Notes under the pieces: generated by a model
Databases searched by the model: none
What the model saw: only the letters and a program-made list of their open reading frames with translations
Told to the model about the DNA's origin: nothing
Shown here: piece after piece, positions 37,046 to 46,172 of the stretch
Layout: each line of letters opens with the position of its first letter
How positions within the stretch are numbered: the stretch's first letter is position 1
Assembly: GCA_020184695.1 (NCBI GenBank)
Contig: JAANOX010000117.1
Location: forward strand, 186,001 to 250,000
Source: Histomonas meleagridis 2922-C6/04-290x
Taxonomy: Eukaryota; Protista; Parabasalia
DNA: 64,000 nt
Direction: 5' to 3'
Translations under genes and position numbers: made by a program

Positions 37046-37292
37046 TAATCAATTCCTTCTTGTTCAAGAAGTAATTTAACTATGTCTGTATGACCATTTT
37101 TAGATGCTATCATAAGTGCTGTATTAAATAAAAAAAAATAATTTCCAAATATTATTTTGAAATATAAAATTATTAAAATAAATTTTAAATAGAACAAATA
37201 AATATTTTAACATTAATATCAATTCTTTCTTGTTCAAGAAGTAATTTAACTATTTCTGTATGACCTCTTTCAGATGCCCTCATAAGTGCTGT
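37046..37292 (-). pseudogene. Two-repeat ankyrin remnant with an 81-nt insert cluster
   Basis: TALMRASERGHTEIVKLLLEQERIDINVK and TALMIASKNGHTDIVKLLLEQEGID segments. The gap 37203-37123 decodes to KYGN; its fourth insert is 18 nt because of a T-run. Confidence 0.7.
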
Positions 37293-37508
37293 TTCAAAAA
37301 ATTTAAGTGGAATATTTAAATATTTCCCGATGAAAAAAGTATATTTAATAATTTTGAAGAAACACATATAGCAGATAGAATATGGTATTACAAAAAGATT
37401 GAAAAATACTCAAATCGGTTAATCAAAAATATCATTGGAGCTGGTAAACATACAAAGCTTCCAACGAACGTTAAATCATAATTGCGAACGTTAATTTCCC
37501 TAAATCAT

Positions 37509-40301
37509 ATGAATAGGACAAAAACAAAAATAAAATCACCTACAACAAAAGAACTGGGGCAACAAATTGCTCATTTATTTGAAAATCCGGATGCAGAAAT
37601 TGAATCAATTAAAGTATCAAGTGAAAGACAATTAAATAAAGAGATTCAAGCAATTTTAAATTCAACATCAACTAAAAGCTGGGACGACAAATTCGATGGG
37701 ATAATGCGTCTCATGTCTCTTGTTAAAGGTGCATATTTATTTAAATCGTTTATAACATCTATTGATAGTTTTTGTCCTTTAATTTCAGAATGTATTCTCA
37801 ACTTTAGAAGTACTCTTGTTAAGTATAGTTGCCTCCTTGTTGCACAACTTTCTAAAGTTCTAGGTGAATCATTTAAATCAGCTGTTTATCTTATACCAAT
37901 TTTGTTTCAACCAACAACAAATGGCACACAAGTTATTGCTGAGTCATGCAAGCAAGCCATTTTTTCAATAGCAAAATATTGTAAAAATCCCAAAATATTA
38001 CGAACAATATTAGATAAATCAAAATCAAAAAGTTCAGTTCATCGTACTATTGTTGCTAACTGTATTTTCATCGTTATTTCCAATAGTAGTGATGAACAAA
38101 TTCAAATAGTTTTTAAATACATTAAGAGGCCATTAATTCAACTTCTTTCTGATGCATCACAAGAAGCTCGTTCAATTTCTCGTTCTACCATTGATCTTTT
38201 ATATGACAAACACCCATCACAATTAAGTAAAATTTTTGGGGGTACCCAGACGACCGTTAATGGATCATTTTCTAATCAAACTCGCACTTTTTCCTTTTCC
38301 AAAGTGCCACGACGATCAGCTTCTGTTGATAATAAACGCGTTAACCAAACCTCTAACTTTCAATCTTCACCTAAAAAAGAGCAATTTCTTGAAAACACAG
38401 AAATTCTACTAAAGAATGGTGAAATTGAATCAAATTCAACTGAAATTGTTGAAGCCATTATTGATGCAATTACAAGTAAAAGCCCATCTGTACTTAATCG
38501 AGGACTTTCTGTTCTAAATAAAGCAATTCAATTAATTCCTGATGCTTTTAAGGAAAGTTTATCAACTATAATTCAAGTATTATTACGCGAAGATAATTTT
38601 GGAATGATAAAAACTAAAAAACTTTCGTCCAAAATTCTTAATTTTATAATTAATAATTATGACACAAATGAAATTATAAAAATCGCATTATCAATACCTA
38701 ATTCTATTTCATTAATTACTTTTATTCAACAAATTATAAATCATTCAATAGAAGTATTAAATAATAGGCGAATAATGAATAAAGTTTTAAGTAATTGTTG
38801 TTTCATATGTAAAAAGTTTCCAAAAGATAGACAAAATGCATTAGAATTAATTATGTTAATTTGTGATTCATATCCAAATGAATTTAATGAATTTATTAAT
38901 TCATCAAATGAAGAATTAAAAAATGATTTAATCGAAATGGGCGTTATAAAAGAAAATTCTTCAAAAATATTTGCAAGTTCAGATGTTGAAAGTATTCCTG
39001 AATCAGACAAATCCGATGCTGAATATTCTGTAAATGAAAATAATGAGAAAAATGTATCTGAAAATTCAAAAAATAAAATGAATTCGAAATTTGAATTTAA
39101 TGACAAAACAAACGAAGAAGAAGAAAATGAAGATGAACAAATCATAAATAATAAGACAAATGAAAAAATTATTTCTAATCAAAAAGAAGAACAAATTATT
39201 GATAATAAGCCAAAAGAGAAAATTAACTACATTAATGCAAATGATTATCAAGAAGAGGAAGAAGAAATTATTGATGAGAAGCCAAATGAAAAAATTTACA
39301 ATCAGAAATCTCAAATTAATGAAAATAAAAATAAGCAAATTGAAAAAATAACATATAATAAAAGAGAAGAGCAAATTGCTGAAAATAAAAATAATCAAAA
39401 TGAAAGAATTATTTATAACCAAAAAGATGAACAAATTATTAATAACAAAAATAAGCCAAAAGATAAAAATATTTATCAGCAAACAGAAAATGAAGTTAAA
39501 GACAATAAAAACAAAACAAATATTAATTACAATAACAACAAAGCACCAAAAGAGAAATTCTTTAATAATTCTAACACAAGTAATAAAGAGAAATTCTTTA
39601 ATAACAAATCAGACATAAGCAATCAAACAACAAAAGACAAATTCTTTACAAACACAATTAACCCAAAAAGCGAAAATTTCTTTCCGAATAATAAATATTC
39701 ACAACGCGAAGAAGAACATTCATCAGATGAAGCGCCAACGAAACGAAACAATTCTTCTACAAAACCAAATTCACATTACGATAAAGATACAGAAGAACTT
39801 ATGAATGCATTAATAAATAACAAAGATCGAACAGACGCAATCCGAAACATATGTAAATATCTCGAAGAAAACTCATGTAAGGACATTGACATCATATTAC
39901 CGAATTTGATTTTGTTGACAAAAACAAAATATGCAAACGAAGTAGAAAAATGTTTTGATGTAATTGGGAAAAGCTTAAGTTCTCATCAATTATTTGATAT
40001 TGTGATACCGCTTTGTAAGCGGAAGAAACCATTACCGTTTGTTGACTTCTTAATCCGAATTATTGCTGCTTCAAGTAAATGCGAATTGGAGCCAAACATC
40101 AAGAAAATTTTGCCAATTGTATCAAAATATTTGACAAATGAGTTACCAGCTCTTAGGAGATCTGCTACAATGATTTATGTTGAGATTTATAAATTAATCG
40201 GTGACGATTTCATTTCAGAAATCTCGAAATTAAAAAATGTTCAAAGAAAAATCATTTTGCACTTTTATCAAAATTCTAAAAAAAGTGTACAAAGCCGATA
40301 A
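37509..40301 (+). CDS. CLASP/TOG-like HEAT-repeat microtubule-associated protein
   Basis: WDDKFDGIMRLMSLVKG, FRSTLVKYSCLLVAQLS, SDASQEARSISR (CLASP_N-like); N/E/K-rich low-complexity linker; C-terminal HEAT repeats (ALRRSATMIYVEIYKLIG). Confidence 0.75.
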   Translation: MNRTKTKIKSPTTKELGQQIAHLFENPDAEIESIKVSSERQLNKEIQAILNSTSTKSWDDKFDGIMRLMSLVKGAYLFKSFITSIDSFCPLISECILNFRSTLVKYSCLLVAQLSKVLGESFKSAVYLIPILFQPTTNGTQVIAESCKQAIFSIAKYCKNPKILRTILDKSKSKSSVHRTIVANCIFIVISNSSDEQIQIVFKYIKRPLIQLLSDASQEARSISRSTIDLLYDKHPSQLSKIFGGTQTTVNGSFSNQTRTFSFSKVPRRSASVDNKRVNQTSNFQSSPKKEQFLENTEILLKNGEIESNSTEIVEAIIDAITSKSPSVLNRGLSVLNKAIQLIPDAFKESLSTIIQVLLREDNFGMIKTKKLSSKILNFIINNYDTNEIIKIALSIPNSISLITFIQQIINHSIEVLNNRRIMNKVLSNCCFICKKFPKDRQNALELIMLICDSYPNEFNEFINSSNEELKNDLIEMGVIKENSSKIFASSDVESIPESDKSDAEYSVNENNEKNVSENSKNKMNSKFEFNDKTNEEEENEDEQIINNKTNEKIISNQKEEQIIDNKPKEKINYINANDYQEEEEEIIDEKPNEKIYNQKSQINENKNKQIEKITYNKREEQIAENKNNQNERIIYNQKDEQIINNKNKPKDKNIYQQTENEVKDNKNKTNINYNNNKAPKEKFFNNSNTSNKEKFFNNKSDISNQTTKDKFFTNTINPKSENFFPNNKYSQREEEHSSDEAPTKRNNSSTKPNSHYDKDTEELMNALINNKDRTDAIRNICKYLEENSCKDIDIILPNLILLTKTKYANEVEKCFDVIGKSLSSHQLFDIVIPLCKRKKPLPFVDFLIRIIAASSKCELEPNIKKILPIVSKYLTNELPALRRSATMIYVEIYKLIGDDFISEISKLKNVQRKIILHFYQNSKKSVQSR

Positions 40302-40440
40302 GGAAATCAATAGATAATCGGTCGTTTAATTAAACGATTAAATTATCGGTTTTGCCTGAAAAAATTATCGCCAATAACCCATACTTGGGGTGCTCCAAAT
40401 TTGTTGTGCTTGTATAGTTTACGCACCTCCTGATTAAGCA

Positions 40441-41295
40441 ATGACAGAAGAAGAAAGAATTGATGAGTTAATTTCGCAGGCTTGCCAAAAATCTGTTGCT
40501 GTAAAGGATTTACTAGAAGACAATGATCCGAATGCTTCTTCTGCATTCAATGAATTATATGAAATTGCAAATGAAGCTTTGGAACTCCAGGAAAAGAAAT
40601 TAACAAAAACAACCAAAGAATCTGAACAGATTAGTAAGACTTTGGAAGATGATAAATTAAAAATTAAACATTATGAAGAAGATATTATCCAATTTCAAAA
40701 TGAAATCAAAACAATTAAAGACTCAATAGAAAATATTAGCTTCGAAATCATAAAAGAAACCAACCATTCAAGAGAACTTCAAGAAAATGTCGAAAGTGAT
40801 TCCGAATTAAAGAATTCCATTTCCGAATTAACAGAAAAAATTGAACAGATCAAACGAGAAACTGAACAAGTAGATCAACAAATCATAGGCGAAAAGTCCA
40901 AACAAACAGAGCTCACAAAAAAGATCGAAACATATGAAAAAAAGTTAAATGACTTATCTGTACATTCAATGAGTAGGAAGAAAAAGAACCAAATGAAAGC
41001 CAAAGAGCTCAAGGACAAAATACGGAGAAATTCATCCCAACCAAATTTGAATAAAAATAAAGAATGTGAAGAGGAAGTAAAAGCTCCCGTAGGACCTTCA
41101 ATGATTATACACAGAACACAGGACCCACGAGCAGATGAGCTCCGGACTCTTAGAGCAGAGATGGAGAACTGCTTGAAACAGAATTCTGCCGTCAAAGCTG
41201 AACTTAGGAACATCTTACAGGACCTTGAAGCAATGCACCTCGAGAATGCATCTCTGAAGACAATAATGAGAAGTTTAATGGATAATAAAAAATAA
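40441..41295 (+). CDS. Coiled-coil hypothetical protein
   Basis: 284-aa ORF with heptad-rich E/K/L composition. Confidence 0.75.
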   Translation: MTEEERIDELISQACQKSVAVKDLLEDNDPNASSAFNELYEIANEALELQEKKLTKTTKESEQISKTLEDDKLKIKHYEEDIIQFQNEIKTIKDSIENISFEIIKETNHSRELQENVESDSELKNSISELTEKIEQIKRETEQVDQQIIGEKSKQTELTKKIETYEKKLNDLSVHSMSRKKKNQMKAKELKDKIRRNSSQPNLNKNKECEEEVKAPVGPSMIIHRTQDPRADELRTLRAEMENCLKQNSAVKAELRNILQDLEAMHLENASLKTIMRSLMDNKK

Positions 41296-41581
41296 GATGT
41301 TATCAAAACATGCAATATCTGAATTTGCAACTAGTAGAAATTACAGTAAAATGATGAATTTTTTTTGTATTTTATTTTTCATGAAATGTTGGTCAAATAA
41401 AATAATTTTTTTAATTTTACCATTTTTCATTTTTCAGGATGCCCCAAATATGTGTTTTAGTTTTCAATATTTTCTATAGGATGTATCAAACATCAGCACC
41501 TAATACCGTTTGAACTTTTTCAACGTGTTCTATCAAACCGATGATTTTTTTAGAAAATTCAATGTGTGCATGGGAAAAGTG

Positions 41582-41586
41582 TCACA
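41582..41586 (+). promoter_or_regulatory. Parabasalid initiator (Inr)-like motif
   Basis: TCACA matches TCAY(T/A), shortly upstream of the Rab ATG at 41599. The motif is short, so a chance match is possible. Confidence 0.45.
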
Positions 41587-41598
41587 TTAAGGACCTAC

Positions 41599-42225
41599 AT
41601 GCAAGCAAGCGATCCAGACTTCCTTTTGAAAATCGTTCTCATCGGTGACTCTGGTGTTGGTAAGACCAACCTCCTTTCTCGTTTCACAAGAGACCAATTC
41701 AACCCAGAATCAAAATCAACCATTGGTGTAGAATTTGCAACAAAAACTATGGAAGTTGAAGGCAAAACTGTTAAGGCACAGATTTGGGATACTGCTGGTC
41801 AAGAACGTTATCGAGCAATCACTTCTGCTTATTATCGTGGCGCAATTGGAGCTCTCCTTCTTTATGATATTTCTGCGGCATTGACATTCAACTCTCTTCC
41901 AAGATGGCTTCAAGAACTTCGTGAAAATGCAGACTCTAACATTGTTGTTATGCTTGTCGGAAATAAATGCGATCTTAGCGAACTTAGAGCTGTTACCACA
42001 GAAGAAGGAATTGGTTTCAGCAAGAGCGAAAACCTTCTTTTCATCGAAACATCTGCTCGTCAAAATTCAAATGTTCAAGAAGCTTTCACAACTTTAATCA
42101 CAGAAGTTGTTCACCGACTTTCCAAGAACGATCTATCTAAAGGCAACACATCTCCTTCTCAACCTGAAAAAGGTGTATCAATCACAAGCCAAGAAAAGCC
42201 AAAGAAGGAAGGCTGCTGCAAATAA
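41599..42225 (+). CDS. RAB11: Rab11-family small GTPase
   Basis: [53 protein letters not shown]-terminal GCCK prenylation motif. Confidence 0.93.
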   Translation: MQASDPDFLLKIVLIGDSGVGKTNLLSRFTRDQFNPESKSTIGVEFATKTMEVEGKTVKAQIWDTAGQERYRAITSAYYRGAIGALLLYDISAALTFNSLPRWLQELRENADSNIVVMLVGNKCDLSELRAVTTEEGIGFSKSENLLFIETSARQNSNVQEAFTTLITEVVHRLSKNDLSKGNTSPSQPEKGVSITSQEKPKKEGCCK

Positions 42226-42679
42226 ATTTCCCAAACTTTTATTCACTTTACCTTTGTTTTATGCTTTGATTTATTCATTGTTATAAATTTAGTTCCCAGA
42301 AATCATTACGATCAATATTTTCAATAGTTTACCAATATTTTTATGGGAAACCTTTTCATAGATTATTTGGCCAACGATTGGATTTTTGCTTTGAATTTTG
42401 TGATGATCGTTGGGCAAACAAATTTGAAAACCTGATTTTTTCTATTCAAGTAAAGTATTCAATAGCAAAGATTATTGAATAAAAAGTCATCGTATTTATA
42501 TTCAAAAACTGATATCAGTTTGATTCTATCAAAACCGATCAAAAAGTGCTTTCCAAAATATTTTTTCAAATTTGTTGCAGCATTTATTCAGGTTTTGTGT
42601 TTATTTGATTCTTCTTTGACCTGAATTGATGATTAATTTTGGCTAAAAAAAAATAAACAATGTCATAAAAAACATGGTT

Positions 42680-44344
42680 TTACTCATTAATATTAAACCT
42701 TGGCATTGGTTTTGTATCTATTGGGTATTCAACAGCACTTTCCAAGAAAGTTGCCTTTTTAGCGATTCCCAATATTTCTTGTGCTTTTTCACATTCCTCA
42801 TCATTTGGTTTCAAAATCCTCACAAACTTATACGCATTCGCCACTTCATCAACGAGTGGCTGCAACATCACAAGAAGCGAAAAATCGTCAGTTTCAATCG
42901 CACGATTAATCACAGGTTCAACACATCTATTCACAGTATTCAAATGTACTTTTGCTGCATCGCACATTGCCGGTATAATTTGCGATTTACATGCAAAATT
43001 TCCTTCTAAGTCAGGATATTTAACATGAATATCCAACTTACTTCGAAGGACTGTTCCTAATGCTTTTATTAGAGATACCCAAATACTCTGTTTCTTGAAG
43101 TAATTTCTAACTTCGTCAATTTGATGCATAAAAGTGGAAATACTTCCAGGATTTTCTTCAAATTGACAAATCAACAAAACAAGGTAAAGAGTTTTTGCGG
43201 CTATTCTGTAATCTCCACGCCAGTCACGCTCTGTAAGCAAAAATTTGAGAATTTGTGTTGTTGATTGAGTATGACGAGTTACTGCGAGAATAACTCGACG
43301 AACATATTTGGATTTAGGAGGATCAGTGGAGGCATACGTAGCCTTGATGACCCATTTAGGGACACCAGAAGCCATAATGGATCTGTATTTTTCCTTGAAC
43401 TTGCAGAAGACTCCTACATCATCGGTTTTTGTCAAATTTGACTGGACGTGCGGCGGTTGTGTGATGGGTTCTTGGACGAAGTTAATTCGCTCAAGTCCAC
43501 CTGTGAGAGGAAATATCATGTCAAGGACTTGAGAAGCAGTTGGTCTCTCAGAAGCATTTACTTTGAGACAAGCTCTTATAATACGAGCAAAATCAGGATC
43601 AAGACCAGGTGGAAGATTAATACGCCCTTGAAGAATAGGAAGACTTTCACCTGGATTGAATATATCATTTCGATATATTAATTTGTATAACGTGCACCCA
43701 AGAGCCCAGATATCGGATTTTATATCAATCGGTACAAATTTGTAAAGATCAATCATTTCAGGGGATCTGTAGTTTTCTGTAGTATTCTGTGAAATGTCAT
43801 CCTTTATCATGTTATGTTGTGAGGTTTTTGTTGTATCATAAATTTGAGTTGTAGCACTACCAAAGTCACAGAGCTTAGGAAGGCCATCGAGACCAACTAA
43901 AAGATTTTCTGGTTTTATATCGCGATGAATAATTGGTGGATTTTGTGAATGAAGATATGAAACTGCTTTAACAATTCCATTAAAGAAAATAATAATTTCC
44001 TCACGTGTTAAAAATCTCTTACTCATAATTCCTATGGCTGTAGCTGGGCAAAATTCAAATAAGATATTGATGGTCAAATTATTTTCGTTAACTTCTGATG
44101 CATATAATTTAACAATGTTAGGATGTGGCTGAATAGAAGTCAAAAATGTAACCTCTTGTTTAAATTGCAGAAATCTGTTTGGAGTTGTACAATTTATAGT
44201 CTTTAATGCAAATTCATTATTATTTTGGTCAACGCAACGGTACACATTTGCATATCCACCTTCCCCAATCTTTTCTTTGATTGTAAGATTGTATGAATTA
44301 ATTTTGATAGGCTTTCCTATAAAGCCTTCTGTTCCTCCAAACAT
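42680..44344 (-). CDS. NAK-family (AAK1/GAK-like) Ser/Thr kinase with C-terminal ANTH/ENTH-like domain
   Basis: IGEGGYANVY, ALK, IIHRDIKPEN, CDFGSAT, YRSPEMIDLY, KSDIWALGC; then VIKATYASTDPPKSKYVRRV and IAAKTLYLV resembling ANTH. Confidence 0.85.
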   Translation of the reverse strand: MFGGTEGFIGKPIKINSYNLTIKEKIGEGGYANVYRCVDQNNNEFALKTINCTTPNRFLQFKQEVTFLTSIQPHPNIVKLYASEVNENNLTINILFEFCPATAIGIMSKRFLTREEIIIFFNGIVKAVSYLHSQNPPIIHRDIKPENLLVGLDGLPKLCDFGSATTQIYDTTKTSQHNMIKDDISQNTTENYRSPEMIDLYKFVPIDIKSDIWALGCTLYKLIYRNDIFNPGESLPILQGRINLPPGLDPDFARIIRACLKVNASERPTASQVLDMIFPLTGGLERINFVQEPITQPPHVQSNLTKTDDVGVFCKFKEKYRSIMASGVPKWVIKATYASTDPPKSKYVRRVILAVTRHTQSTTQILKFLLTERDWRGDYRIAAKTLYLVLLICQFEENPGSISTFMHQIDEVRNYFKKQSIWVSLIKALGTVLRSKLDIHVKYPDLEGNFACKSQIIPAMCDAAKVHLNTVNRCVEPVINRAIETDDFSLLVMLQPLVDEVANAYKFVRILKPNDEECEKAQEILGIAKKATFLESAVEYPIDTKPMPRFNINE

Positions 44345-44482
44345 CCACAATTGGTTAAAAGTGCCATTGTAAACTCAATTCAATTTATATCGTCTATCAA
44401 AAAATTGTGAGTAGGGGTGAAAATTGAATGGATAAAAAACTTTTTGAAATAGAGCCAAAATCCCAATTTTTACTAAAACGTA

Positions 44483-45820
44483 TTCCGATGTCTCTCCAAT
44501 TCGCGATTTTTACGACCGTATATAGTATTCAAAAAATAATAAACGGCGTTGAGTGGTTACAATGCACAGCAATATATTTCCAGGAAAACCTCATAAAGAC
44601 TACACGAATTACAAAAAAAGGCCAATGCTCGAATGTGTTATAACTCAAATTTCAAAAGGATACTTAAGAATTTTCAAGATTGCACAAACAAGTGGAATTC
44701 CTGATTCCACACTCAGATCCTGGAAAGATAAATTAAAGCATAATCCTGCTTAGAGACCATGGAATAATGATCATGGTAGTGGTCATAGAATATTTACAGA
44801 CATAGAAGAACAATCAATTAAGGATTTTATTGTCAGTTGTTTTTTACAACCAGGTTATGTGTTTACCAATGAAGACTTCATAGTAATCGCTATGAATGCA
44901 TATTAAACAAAATATCAAAATATGACTTATTTTGAATAAACGAAAAATTTTTTAGTTTCACACCAATTCATCGCAGGTTTTAAAAATAGAAGCCATCTCT
45001 CTTCTAGGGTCATACATCCTAAAAAGAAATCAAATGTGACTGATAAAGTAAAATATAATTGGATCAAAACAATATAAAACCTTCTTACTTATGTTGATCA
45101 TAGTAGAATTGTCAATGTGGATGAAACATGCTGGAAGTGTTTTCCGAATGGTAACTTGGCCAGAAAAAAAATCTGATGGAATATCGATTAACTTAAATTC
45201 ATCAATTATAGCATCAATGACTGTCCTGGCAAGCATACGTTCAAATAGAACCAAAATTCCTCTTTAATTTATAGCAAAAGGGAAGACTGATCTTGTAGGA
45301 ACAACACAAATTGGTGATGTATTATCTCACATGTTCACCAACTCAGAAAACGGATGGACCACTGAGGAAACATTTTATGAATATTTACTGTTTATCCGGC
45401 AACACTTCAATGACGAAGATCCTATACATTTGTTACATTACTCATAATATGAAGCCCACAAATGTCAATCAATTATTGATTTGGCAGAAACTCTGAATAT
45501 TAAATTATATTTCATACCACCCGGTATGACTGAGGAATTTCAACCATTAGATCGAAGGGCCTTCCGGTGTTTGAAGGCTACATCACGTTGCCTGTTCCGA
45601 AAAGAGTACAATCAAAACAATGAAAAAAAATTTACTAAATCACAAGCAGCACAATGTATGGTTTGGGCATGGGAACACCTGCAACCCAATATAATCCAAG
45701 AATCTTGGTCAATCTATGAATAAAACATTTATTCATTAATTTTCTTTCAGACAAAGTATTCATATTGAAAGAAACGGTTTTTAACGGTCGTAAAAATCGC
45801 GAATTGGAAAGACATCAGGG
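44483..45820 (+). mobile_element. pogo-like DNA transposon, copy 2 (degenerate)
   Basis: Right TIR identical to copy 1 (45783-45820, followed by TA); left TIR has a few substitutions after TA at 44481. Internal sequence is collinear with copy 1 but has many stops and frameshifts. Confidence 0.9.
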
Positions 45821-46172
45821 TAATTATTCCATCCAATTGATATTTTAAAATGTTCATGAATCATTTGTACTATTTCTAAATAACCTTTATTAATTGCTAA
45901 CATAAGTGCTATATAATATGATTTTAATATTTCCAAATTTATTTGATATCAAATTTCTGGTAACAAAAAAATACAACATGGATAAACATCTTTAGCAGTG
46001 ATATCAATTTCAAATATCAAGTTTTTAGAGCGAATAATTTTATTCATCATTTTTTTGAGCATCAAGTCTCGCTATCGGATAATGCAAACCGATTTATTGC
46101 CAAAAAGTTTTATTAGAAATTAATTATGTCAAAAACCTCCATTCAAAATATACATTTTCTTCTAATTCTTTT

